A stretch of DNA of 64,000 bases. Origin: Azolla caroliniana (taxonomy: Eukaryota > Plantae > Polypodiophyta). The notes beneath the pieces were generated by a model. The model saw nothing but the letters and a program-made list of their open reading frames with translations. It was not told where the DNA came from and searched no databases. The stretch's first letter is position 1; each line of letters opens with the position of its first letter. Below are positions 12,401 to 24,300 of this stretch, piece by piece. Position numbers and translations under genes: made by a program. The stretch is taken from contig JBHGNT010000004.1 of NCBI GenBank assembly GCA_043228905.1, positions 12,710,001 through 12,774,000 of the forward strand. The letters run 5' to 3'.

Positions 12401-15400
12401 CACGAGCACAAGGTACCTCATCTACCATCTCCTCATTGGCATCATTACGATATCTACCATCCACTTGTAATGCATAGCCAACGGATAAGTCGAATGAAGC
12501 TCATCTCGATGACGAACATTCAAAAACATCTGACATTCCTTACATGTTTCCACATAAGCTCCTACATCTTTGTAGATGCCCGACCACCAATATTTCTCCT
12601 TAAGCTTCGCAAACGTAGCCCAAATTCCTCGATGGCCTGCAAAAACACTATCATGAAATTCGGACATTAATTTTTGTTGGTCTTCTACCTTGCAGACAAC
12701 TCTCATCGGAGTCCCATTCTTCTTTTTTGCATGCCTCCAAAGAGCTCCATCCTTAAGGAAATACTTGTATGCCTTCTTCTGAATTCGATGGACGTCTTCC
12801 GTCGACCATGATTCATCTTTTTGGAGAGAACTCAAGTATTTCCCGATCTCCACGAATTCGCCTTCATAGTCCTCTTCTATGAAAGTAGTCAGCACCCGAG
12901 CGTAGGAACTTGTAAAGAAATCCAAGCCAACATCCTCCTCATCAGAATGTCGATCTTCTTCTTCGTCGTATCTCGCTCGTGATAGCATGTCTGCAACGAC
13001 ATTATGCTTCCCAGCTACATGACAGATCTCCAAGTTGAGTGATTTGATATATGCAATCCAACGCAACATGGCAATATTTGGTGTATTACAACCAGATATC
13101 ATACCCAAATTTGGTAGGCAATCTGTCTCAATTATGACTTCTGCTCCAATAAGGTAGTCAAGATCAAATTTGATTGCCGAGACGATTCCCCATAGCTCCC
13201 TCTTCACTTGGGCATACCTTCTTTTCCTGTCACTTAACACTTTCGCGCCAAACCGAATTGCATATCGGTTGCAATCTTCATTTTCTTGGTTGATAACCCA
13301 TCCAATTCCGATTGGACTAGTATCCACGGTCACGAAAATGGGCTTGCTGTATGAATAGTCCACTTTCCGTAATACAGGTGCCTCCATCAATAATTTCTTT
13401 AGCCTTCGGATGGCGATTGTATGCACACTCGTCCATTCGAACATCCGCTTCTTCTTTAGTAGACCATATAATGGCTCAACAATGTGGGCATACTATGGAA
13501 TCCAAATATTATAAAACGTGCATGCTCCAAGGAACCTTCGAACCTCCGTTTGGGTTACGCATTCATCTTTCATGTCTTGGATTGCATACACCTTGGATGG
13601 TGAAGGTTTCCGAACGTATGCTCCACACAAGTGACCTACCACCAAGATCTCTGGTTGCTCGAATGTGGATTTTTCTCCCAAAAATGTCAAATTCGCATCT
13701 TCGAGCTTTTGGAGCACCTTCTTGCAATCTTTCATATGATCCACGACGAACTTTCTACATCCATCCTTATCTTTTGATTCATCCTTCTTTTCATCCGAAC
13801 ATCCTTTTATCGGGATATCATCTAAGAATGGCATCGTGATATCCAAGATGCAATCCTTCAAGACCTTGTTCATGGCATTCACCATATGAGCCACCGAGTT
13901 CGTTGCGCCTTGAGGTAAGGTACACATCCGCACCAACCCGATTGGAGTTCTCATGGTTGTAATGTCACGACTGTCGACCGCCAACTAGAATTGATTGTAG
14001 CCAGAGTAGAGATCGCCGATGGAGTAGATGGACCGGCCCGCAAACGCCTCGGCAAATTCATCCACACTCGGATTGATTCCAGCATTCCGAATTGTCACCT
14101 TGTTGACAGGTTGAAGATCTTGAATGAATCGCAACGATCCATTCTTCTTTGGCACCGTGAACCATCTATTAGAATAAGGAGCGTTCGACGGTTCCAAAAT
14201 TCCCATCCTCACCTTCTCCTTTAAGAGCTCGATCAGCTTCGGTAGGTGTGCTCTCGGAACCGTTATCGGTTTCAAATTCCAAGGCACATGTAGCACCGTG
14301 AAGATCACCATCGGTTCTACCATCCTTGGATTCGCACATCCGATTTATTGTGGGAAAAATGAGAAAGCCTTCCCATGTCTTTCAAGCATTTCGCGGAACA
14401 TTTGCTCCTCTCAGGAAGGAGGAAATCCTCCCTTCCAACTTGTAGCTTTTCCTTCATCTCTTTAGTGAAGATGTGACCAATTGTATTTGGGTTCCTTACG
14501 CTTGAATCTTTTGCAACTTCCTCCATCTTTTGCCAGCTATCTTCGGGTAGCGGAACTGCAACTAGCTTGATCTTCCTATCCACGGTTTTATATTTTGTGT
14601 TGACTTCGGCTTCCTCTATCAAGATGCCTCGATGATATTCATCGATGATAGTATACATGTTGACGGAGTTAATCGAAATCACATGTTGATGGTGAGGATA
14701 GCTCAAGTCCACGACTTCCTCGATTTCGCTGATGGTGTCGTTAAGTGAGGCTTCCTCTAGAATATATGACACGAATTCTTCTTCTTCGATTATGCTTTCT
14801 TCTTTCCGCACCTCCTCGAAGTCTTGTATCAGACACTTTTCCTTCTTGTTGAGTAGTCTTAGTTTGCATGCGCCGCTAGGTGTGACGCATGTTGCTTCTC
14901 CTTGCAATCCACGAACTCTGCTTCCTTGTGGGGACTTATGATTGCTCGAACTATTTGTGCCCCATGCTTCAATAGTCCGCTTTAAAAATCCGAGGATTTG
15001 CCTCCAAGGCTATCTCGGTTCCTTTCATGATTAGCTCGCACCGTCAGGAATTGAACAGATCTTTTACTATCAAGACTCTTGACGCGCGCAAAGGTTGCTC
15101 CATTATCGAACACCTTGGTCTCCATCCGAGACGATGTTATATACGGTTGTCCTAGGATGACAGGATGCAAAGCCGAGTCTTGCACGAAGAAGTGTTGATC
15201 AATCTCCACATCCCCGATCGTGACTTTAACGTTGGGGCAAGCTTCGTACAAGTCCTCCGTAGCCTTCGTCGTCGCTCAAATCTTCCATCCGTGGTTTGTA
15301 TTAATCGGCCATCTTCCTTTCTTGTAGAACTCGGTCGACATGAGGTTGATCTCCGAGCCATGGTCAATCAAGGCTACCATGGTTTCTTTCTTCTCCCCGA

Positions 15401-15520
15401 TCTTCACCGGTGTCTCCATTGTCGCTCTTGCCCAATGAGGTCGAGAGTAATGGCTATCTGTCATTGACTCGTCCTCAGCCACCTTTGACTCGATGTCATT
15501 TTTCATGGCTATATGAGTTT
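9444..15520 (-). mobile_element. Ty3/gypsy (Phygy-like) AP-RT-RH-INT remnant with 3' LTR type A (9444-11470)
   Basis: ALIDHGSEIN protease, RT IGDLYSGYNQF / PFLDDIPIKG, RNaseH VTVDTSP, INT NPEANGKVER and GPY. PPT-like GGTGGGGGCGAA abuts the LTR start TGTCGTCG at 11470. Confidence 0.88.
9944..10970. repeat. Solo LTR (type B) inserted inside LTR type A
   Basis: 12-bp terminal inverted repeats TGTCGTGAAGAT/ATCTTCACGACA, with CCGG on both flanks. Ends match 18667-19760. Confidence 0.88.
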
Positions 15521-16517
15521 ATGAGTCATTAGCCCCCTTGATTCACGGATTCTTCCTTTTTTTTCTCTCCTTCCCTTACATGCCTCCCACATGGCATTTT
15601 CTTTAGTTTTCTTCACTTTACTTTAGTTTGTTGCATGATCTCCACCTTTTGTTGCACACCTTCCACATCACCTTTACTTTTTGCATGCACTCCAACTTTA
15701 GTTGCTTGCGTCCACATGGCCTTTACTTTAGTTCTCTTCACTTTACTTTAGTTTGTTACATGATCCAATCTTCCGTCCATCCGCGTCCAACCTCGTCTGG
15801 TAGCCGGTTCTGCCCGATCTCCGAATCCCTCGCCGGCCGATTCCATTTTTCTTGCCGGCCGGTTCCGGTTCTGATTTTGCTTGCGGCCGATTCTAGTTTG
15901 CTTGCCGGTTCCGGTTCCAGTTTGATTGCCGACTGGTTCCGGTTTGCTTGCCGGCTGGTTTCCGGTTTCCGGTTTTTCCTACCAGCCAGGTTCCGGATTC
16001 CGGTTTTGCTTATCGGATGCTTTCTGGTTTCCGGATTTGCTTACCAGCCGGTTTCCGGTTTGCATACCCGCCGGTTTCCGGTTTTTGGGAACTTGTTCAA
16101 CATCATCCATAAAGACAAAGTGGCCAAAGTCCTCTTAGCACAAATGAAAAATGAGGGAGCTCAAGGTGCTTATATAGCCAAGGCCTTAAGTTTCCTATCT
16201 ATGTGGGATAGTTCTAATTTCCCTATCTTCTCAAACTTCATTTTCACATAACTTGATATGTATTTCTCCATTTTGTATATAGTAAAATACGTTTTGAAGC
16301 TATTGAGTATATCCATGTTTCTATAGTAAGTTACTAATCTAATCTATAATAATTATTTCATTATTTTTTAACATAGAGTGTGAAGATTCACATGACATCC
16401 ACCCCCACCAAACCGCACATTCTCCGGTATGTGCCAAGAAGAGAGAAAGTGAGATTTCGGCAATGGTGATCAGCATGACTCCTCCACGTCGAGCATGTCC
16501 TTCCCTTTGCACTCGAA

Positions 16518-17842
16518 TCATGGTTGCCAGCCAATCCACCATATCATTCGTCTTTTCTTTGCTTTACCATGACTTGTTGTCATGGCCCCTTGCTCCCTTC
16601 CTGAGGATAATCGTTTAAGTCTCATAAATGTTCCGCCTTTGTCTCGATCGTCTCCTTGGTCAAGGCACTTGGACTCATTCACAGTAGTGTCTTTGATAGA
16701 TGTTTTGATCACATCATCCGTCAAATCCTCATGGCTCGCTTGGCCATCGCCATCCCTTGCCATATTTTGCGCAAATTCTTCGTTGCACATATCAGCTTTA
16801 ACCCTTACTTCTTCCCCATCACTATCCTTCTCTTGGTTCTTACATCGGTTAATGTCCAAGTCTCCAGAGAGAGTGTGGAGGGACCCATACATTTCCGTCG
16901 TTTGCCTTTTTCGTGCCGCACTTAGCCATTTCCATCTCAATGTTTCTTGAATCAACATTGATCTTTGCTTCCTTGCTGTCGTTGCGCGAATCAACATTGA
17001 CCTTTGCTTCCTCGTCGCTAGCTTCCGTCTTTTGCCGCATGTATTAGTTTCGGCCTTCGGTTCTTCGCCATCACCTCCCGTCTCTTGGGCCTTACATCGG
17101 TTCTCGGACGCAATTGCCCAAGTCTCTAGAAAGAGTGTGGAGGAAATTTGGCCCTCGTCATTGTCTGTACTATCTTTGGCCTTCTCTTCCTTTTTGCCAC
17201 CATCTGTCTCTCCGGTCTCACGTTGGTTCTCGGACACCACCACCGAAGTCTCTAAAATTAGTGGGCCGGATTCCTTAGTATTACCTTCCTCCGTCGTTTC
17301 GTCCATAGCCTCCTTCTCGGCTATCTCTTCATCGTATACATCGGCTTTGACCTCTGTTGTCTCTTCTCCATCTTGTGTCTCTTCGGTCTCATGTTGCCTT
17401 TCGATCGCAACCGCCGAAGTCTCTGGAGTTAGCAGTGAGAAAGTCTCAACAGGACCAATCGCCATTGACTCGTTCATAGCCCTCTCTGACTCGATGTTAT
17501 TTTTCGTGGCTATCTCTTCAATCTCATGGGCCTCACACCCATGACTCTCTTGATCGAACAAGCTTCGATTATCCTTCTCTCTTTAGCTTCGACCTCTGGT
17601 TCTTCGCCGCCACCTCCCGTCTCTTAGGTCTCACGTTGGTTAGCGGATGCAACTGCCCAAGTCTCCAGTATAGGTGCAGAGAAAATCTCGCCATGGTCGT
17701 TGTCGACTCTTGTTGTCTTGCTCATAGCCACCTCCTCGATTTTAGTGGCTAGATCCTCTATCATGTCGATCTCGCACTCTTTATCTCCTTTAATGCAAGC
17801 TTTGATTAGGCTTGCTCCTTCATCATTCTTTGTTTCGAACAC
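16518..17842 (-). pseudogene. Acidic repetitive ORF of the non-autonomous element
   Basis: 347-aa E/T-rich ORF plus an upstream piece. Recurring LETW/SAxAxExQRET motif. Confidence 0.55.
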
Positions 17843-18641
17843 GATGCATGTTCTGAAACATTTGTCCTACTTTGAAATGGTTGTCATCGTCCTCGACTCA
17901 TCATCAATCTTCTTTTCATGTTGCATGCGTTTTTTAGGCGTCTCTACTTCTTTGGATGGTTTTGCTTTCTCTATGATCGGCCTTACCAAGTCAATACCAT
18001 CAAGCCATCGACGACGTCTATCGATCTTGTTGCATGCTTGCTTCACCGCAACCCAGTCCGCCACAAGCCTGTTCGCTTGGGTATCATCTTCGAGGAGAGT
18101 CCCCAACTCTCTTCTATCCTTCATGTCCACAGCACCTGATCTGTTTTGGGGAGACGGCCAAACATCTGGTCGAATTCGTCGTACACCCTCCAGGTGCTCA
18201 TCTTCTTATTCTTCTTCTCTATCCACTTCATTAGGGCATGTCGAGTCATCCTTGTTGAGTCTTCAGTCACGAACTCCACTAATATTGTTTTCTCGAACTC
18301 AGACCATGTTGTCTTACCTTCTTGAAGTTAGATGACACGTCTTTGAACGTTGTTGGCAACAACTCTCTTGAAGCTTGCGATTTGATGTGCTTCGGACACG
18401 TCCCTCTGATTCATCTCCCTTCTATATGCATCAAGGAACTTCGTAACATTTCTTCCATCGAATTGGCCCTCAAGCTCTACGACACGATGGACAGCCTTCT
18501 CCACGCTCGCGTCGTTGTCCCGAGATCTCATCATTTGCTCGACGATTAGCATCATCCTTTCGAGCTCTCCCGCTTGATTGCTTGAGGATGCCATCTCCAA
18601 GTATCGGTTGATCCTCGACTTGATCCTTCCTACCGCCTCTT

Positions 18642-18658
18642 TCACGTCAGGTTCACCA
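18642..18658 (-). promoter_or_regulatory. Primer-binding site, tRNA-Trp type
   Basis: TGGTGAACCTGACGTGA lies 8 nt from the LTR end. It is complementary to the recalled plant tRNA-Trp 3' end (CACGTCGGGTTCACCA) with one G:U pair. Confidence 0.8.
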
Positions 18659-19122
18659 CTTTATTATGTCGTGAAGGTCCGTCACTAGGCGCGGATCGCG
18701 AGGCGAAACCACCGGGGTTTTGGACCGGAAGGATCGAAGTTCGCACCAAGTTTAGCGAGGAAGTATTTAGGATAGATTGAGAGAGAGAGAAAGAGATTAA
18801 GATTAAACGTTTGACTTAGATTGAGAAAGATTGATATGGCCAAGAGAGAGATATTGAGATTAAGATTTTAACTCTTGATTTAAGAAACAAGATATATCAT
18901 CAATGAATTTTCTTCTCATTAATTTCTTAGTTCATACATGGATCCATAATACATTTTCATCCATCCTTTTGCAGATGCCCCCATGCATATGATGCATGTT
19001 TTTGCCATTTGGCGCTCGTGTATTACATGTGGTGCATGATAACCATATCACTCATTTTAGCTCTCATGCATAAGAATTTCCATGTAAAAGTATGATGATA
19101 ACAATATAATTTCAACTAAATA

Positions 19123-19186
19123 TCTTGGCTTAGTGGTAAGCCAATTGACTCTTAACTTGGAGGTGCAAGGTTCAAATCCTTACTTG
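19123..19186 (+). pseudogene. Degenerate tRNA-Lys(CTT)-like / SINE-head sequence within the LTR
   Basis: A box TGGCTTAGTGG (19126), anticodon loop CTCTTAA, B box GGTTCAAATCC (19169). Stems are poor. Confidence 0.55.
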
Positions 19187-20035
19187 CCCTCCTTGTATAT
19201 GTATATATATTTATATTATTTATCTAGTCGTCGTTGCCACCGGATGCCGCCGGTTATTGGTGGTTGCTGCCTTGCCGGTTGCCCCCAGATGTTGTCGCCT
19301 CGCCTCGCCGGCTCCGTCGGATCACCGGTTGTAGGTGACGGATCATCGGCTCCATCGCCGGTCCGGTTTTGGTTGGCGAAAACATTCACGAGTAGCTAGG
19401 CCACCTCCACTCTTAGCTCAAGCTACCTTGAAATCTCTATGCTTCACACATAGACACAAAGATAATAGCTTTTGCTCTACCTTATATATGATGAGAGCCG
19501 TATTTTTCATGCCTATGTGGGATATCTCACAGTTTTCTCTTTTCCTTTCACAAACTTTATACCCTCATATCTTGACATCTAGTTGTCCGTTTCTCGTGTA
19601 ATAAAGTGCATTTGAAAGTTCTTGAAGACCTCCATCATTTTGTACTTAGATATTAAACTTATTTAAAATGTTATCTTCACTATTATTGTTTTATATGATT
19701 CATACTCGATTTTGTACGTTTTATGTGATTTTCATACCATTGCCGAAAATTTTCACGACAACGCTCAATCAGATATCCTACGTGTCTTAATATTGTATTT
19801 CTATTATAAATAGGTGGCTTCTCTTCCCTCTTTTGTCCTCCTCTTTTTCGTTTCTGCTTCACGTTTTATGGTTTTCTTTCCTGCTTGGCGTGCTTTAGTC
19901 TTTACTTGTTTTCGGCTCCACATTTCACATCTGCATTTTCTTTGCTACCTTCCCTGTTACAATTGCATTTACCTACTTCACCTACATCCAGATTCATTTC
20001 ATACCCAAATACCAATTTGTCCCACGGACAACACT

Positions 20036-20076
20036 TGGCACGCCCGTGGGATAGAGCCTTGCAACGTCGAACCCAC
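20036..20076 (+). promoter_or_regulatory. Antisense PBS-like tRNA-Arg complement at the PPT position of the host gypsy
   Basis: TGGCACGCCCGTGGGA...TCGAACCCAC lies 2 nt from the 3' LTR start (20033). No purine tract is present. Confidence 0.8.
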
Positions 20077-20909
20077 CAAAATCGAAAAGAACCACAAATT
20101 TTATATGGTACACTCATTCCTCGATCAAAATGTCAAGGATGCCTTCGGTGGTTGGGTGCACGATTGTTTCCTCTATCATAGCCGCCGAGATAGCTGGTTC
20201 TGGCTCGTTTTCTAGGGTCTGCTCGGCCGAAAAATCGGGCTCATATTCGGTAACTGTCCTCATTGCTGGTGTGGTGGGGGTTTCCTGTTCTTGGTTTGGT
20301 TGTGGTGTTGTCTCAATCATAGCTTTGTCCGTCTGGTCATGAACTGTTTCCGTGAAGGCCCGTTCAGTTTCAAGCATATGTAGCAACTGGTCATTGTTGA
20401 ATTCCTTCAGTAGGCTTTCAATTACTGTGGTGTGCATTTTTGCCAAGGCTTGGAAGTCCTCCCTGAGGTCTTCTCAGACCATTTAGATGCTATTTTCATC
20501 CATTTTATAGAAGCCGCAACCTTTTTTCTTCTGATTTTCGACGTCAGCCCGTTAAACCTAGAGTTCGGCTGCTTGAGCCGACCATTCCTTCCAGCCATTG
20601 GCAATAGTCTCTTTGACCTTCCGGTTGAGCTTCTACCGTTGTTTGACCACCAAGTCGTGGATTCGTTCCTCACACATGTCATATTTGTCTTGGAGGGTGA
20701 TCATTTCTCTTTTAGCTTCTTCCACCTCCCGTTGCAGTTTGAACTTGATGATCTCACAGGACGTGTTGAGATGTCGTTTATGGCTTGGAGGCTGATCATT
20801 TCTCTTTTAGCTTCTTCCACCTCTTGCTGCAGTTTGACCTTGATGATCTCGCATGACGTGTTGACGGTGGCGAGCCTTGCCTCCGTCTCTTCCGTTAATT
20901 GGTCGAACC

Positions 20910-21328
20910 TGTTACCGGCCGGCAAGGAGTCCAAAATACGGAGTGAAGGAATTAATTAAATTTGGTTGTAAATGAGCATAGTGTGGACGAACGGACTGGA
21001 AACGGTATGCCGTTCCAGATCCGGACGGATCCCGAATAGGTGCGATAGGCACCGTTTTGTACTACAGGCCAGAAACCTATTTAAAGGCCCGGACCCCATT
21101 GTAATCGCAGCGGATAATTAATAGAGCTTATGATGTTTATACTTCTGTCTTGATTTCCGTTCTGTAATTACTGTTATATCTTACGCGTGTAATTAACCAA
21201 AGCATTCTAATCGTGTAACCTACGTAAGTCGGTGTAATCGTTGAATATTAATCCTATGCCGTAATCACCCTTTGGTGAAGTGTCTCCGTGACACCTTGTG
21301 TTAGACCTTGTCCGGTCAGAGAATAACA
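20910..21328 (+). repeat. 5' LTR
   Basis: TGTTACCGG...GAATAACA, direct repeat of 30383-30801. TATA-like TATTTAAA at ~21078. Confidence 0.97.
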
Positions 21329-21334
21329 CAGTTT

Positions 21335-21344
21335 TGGCGACCAC
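21335..21344 (+). promoter_or_regulatory. 5' PBS (tRNA-Arg UCG-like)
   Basis: TGGCGACCAC lies 6 nt after the LTR. It is a 10-nt complement of the recalled plant tRNA-Arg(UCG) end GTGGTCGCCA. Confidence 0.7.
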
Positions 21345-21379
21345 GATTCCTGCTTTCTCGCAGCGAACAACGGTAATGG

Positions 21380-24300
21380 ATGACTAGACCAACGCACGAC
21401 TTGGTTACAGACCGAGCTCGACGCCTCGCCGAACGGCAAAGACGGCGTGAGACTTTCCAGCAAGCAGCGCACGAAATTCGCTCGGATCGTTCGTTCTCCA
21501 ACGAGATCCGGAGAGTCGCGGAGGAATCCCTTCGGTTACGGCAAACTCGCGACCAGGACGACGAAAGCAGTCTAAGTAGTCTCCGGGAAACCGAACGCCT
21601 CCTCGAGGCACTGGCAAGCGGAGAAAACGAGGCAAAAGCCTTTTCAGCCTATGAATCGGATTCCGAAGGAGGATACAGCGTGCACACGAATTACCGGAGC
21701 AGCAACGATACCCCCGGCGGCCCGGAGGACGACAGGTCGGATACCGTGCCGACTCCAGAACCGGAACCGCTCAACCAGGGCTATCCGGAACCGCAAACGG
21801 AAGCCGTCAACCCACCAACACCGGAAGTGGAAGAAGCAAAGCCACCGACACCAACGAAAGAGCCGGCAAAGGTACCGGAAGAAGAGCCGGTGAAGGAACC
21901 GGCAAAAGAACCGGAAGTGGAACCGGAGAGAAAACCGGAAAGATATCAACAAACGCCAATAAACCGCGGCCTAATACTGGACGACGACATGCCGTTCCAA
22001 TACTCAAAGTATCGCGATGATCCGGATGCGGAAGCGCATGTTCATGACTTCGAGCAGACATGGGAAGCAAATCACACGTCCCAGCGAATGACACCGGAGG
22101 AAGAAGAACGCTCGAAGATAGCGGAATTCGGAGTCACGTTGGAGGGACCGGCGACACGATGGCGGCGGACGCAGGACCCGGCGACCATCACAACCTTTGC
22201 AGAATTAAAAGCAAAATTCTTGCATTTTTTCCACAAGGAGGTCGACCAGACGACAATGGTGGGCCTGTTTTATACGATCCGGCAGGAGGCAGGGGAAAGC
22301 ATTCCCCAATTCGTCATCCGTTTCCAACGAATGCATAGCCAGCTTGCCCGTGCACCCCCGGAGGAGGAATTACGGACGATATTTTTAAACGCACTCCGGG
22401 AACCGTTACGCACGGTGTGTACGGTGATCGACTTTCGAGGATGCACCATCGACCAGGTCATTGACCGGGTCAGAGAAATGGAAAAGTCAAGCTCATGGCT
22501 TACGCTGGGAACACTGCAACGGGCGTTACCCACCGAGGAAGATCTCCGGTTCCGGCAGGCAATTCAATGCACAATCTGCTTGAATGCCGGACACTCGGCA
22601 GTGGAGTGCACCATGCGCACTCAGTGTGTGATTTGTCAATCCAAGAGTCATACAACGGACCGGTGCGAGTACAACCTGTTAAACCGACAAGCACCACCCG
22701 TCCGACGGATCGAGCCAAGAAGCAGCCAAGACGAAGATGAAGATCGTTGGCAAAAAATGAACCGGTACCGACCGGCACAGGATGTTCGGTACGGAGACAG
22801 GCAAGAGAATGATGGCCGGTACGGGAATCGGCGTGATAACTACGACCGGTATGAGCGATCGGACCGTTATCGAGAGCCCAACAGACGACACGAGCAATAC
22901 GACAGAGACCATTCCCCTGGTTACCGAAGGCACCAGGAGGACTACGGCCGATTTTACGATCCACCACGACCGGACTACCGAAATAAAAATAAGAATAATA
23001 AGAAACGTAATTTCAAGAAAGGTGGTCACCCTAGGGACCCGGAACATGGAACCCCAAGGAGCCAACCGGCACAGAACGCACCACTCACTACGGGACCGAC
23101 TCCGGCTACCAGCAATGCTGAATCCAGCAATACCCGTAAAGAGTACTGCTACTACTGCAGGCAGGAAGGCCACTACAGTAACCAGTGCCCGGTAAAGAGC
23201 TACGAGAAACGACCAGCAGTTAATATGGTGGTTCCGGAAGTGACGGATGTACAGCAAGTAACCACACGGTCGAAAGGCATGGCCAAAGAGTGGGAAACAC
23301 AAGAGGCCATACGAAAACAGGCGACGGAATGGGTGAAGGAAGCCAATGAAAGGAACGTCGCGGACGCGGAACGGCAAAAGGCGAATACCATAGGGAGTGC
23401 CGGCGGTAGCCACCCAGAAAACGAGACATGGCAAGCACTGCAAGAATGTCAGATCACGTTGCCGTTAGGACGACTCTTGCAGCTCGTGCCGCGATTTACG
23501 GAAGGACTAAAAACGGGCATGACAGACGGTATAGCCCCACCGGCACCAGTCCTCTTCTCGAACCCGGAGGAGGGACCGACGGTGGTGGACACTAGTAGTC
23601 CGGTGATTACAGCTATTGTCAAAGGGCACGAACTTCCCGGCACAGTAATCGATGGAGGTTCCGGGGTGAACGTAATAAGCCTCCACACGTGTAATGCCTT
23701 GGGTATACATGAATGGGAGCCATGTCCGTTCTGGCTACGGATGGCGGATACGAGCTCTGTACGGCCGACGGGCTTAATACGGAAATTGGAAGTCACCATA
23801 GGAGGCCACACATTTCACATCTTGGCTGTCGTGCTGCAGCTACAGGCGCAAGGCGCGTACCCACTATTGCTGGGCAGACCATGGTTGAAAACAGCACACA
23901 TCAAGCAAAATTGGCGGAAAAATATGATTACCTTCCGACGCGGAAAAGCCAAGGTCCGGGTACCGACACAACCACGGACGAGCAACGGTAAGGAATGCAC
24001 ACCGCTGTATGCGGAATGCGTGAACATGCTTGAAGGATTGGCAGACGACGAAGAAGCCCAGTACTTGGAGGAACACCCGAAGATCGTACCACTCTTCGAG
24101 ATTGACGTGGCTGAAGCCGTAGCGCCATACTTGCTGCAGCGGGACGAAACCGAAGCCGAACCAGACAAAGATGCGATTCGGGAATTACGGCAAGTACAGG
24201 AAGCATTGGAACGGGAAATGGCCGTTTCCCAACGGGTAAAAACATCCCAGCTCGACGAAGTGAACCTAGGAGGCAAGGACGAATCAAAGCCGGTACACAT

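Larger units (their letters stand above)
15521..19760 (-). mobile_element. Non-autonomous Phygy-like element: 5' LTR type B (18667-19760), gag remnant, acidic repeat ORF, 3' LTR type A (~15521-16397)
   Basis: PBS at 18642-18658. Gag-like FDGRNVTKFLDAY. No pol. PPT-like GGTGGGGGTGGA lies next to 16397. 15700-16397 matches LTR A. Confidence 0.8.

Noticed and set aside
9444-19760. One single intact element
   Set aside because: Flanks TCCGT/ACGCT do not match, the terminal LTRs differ, and an internal LTR with its own PPT is present.
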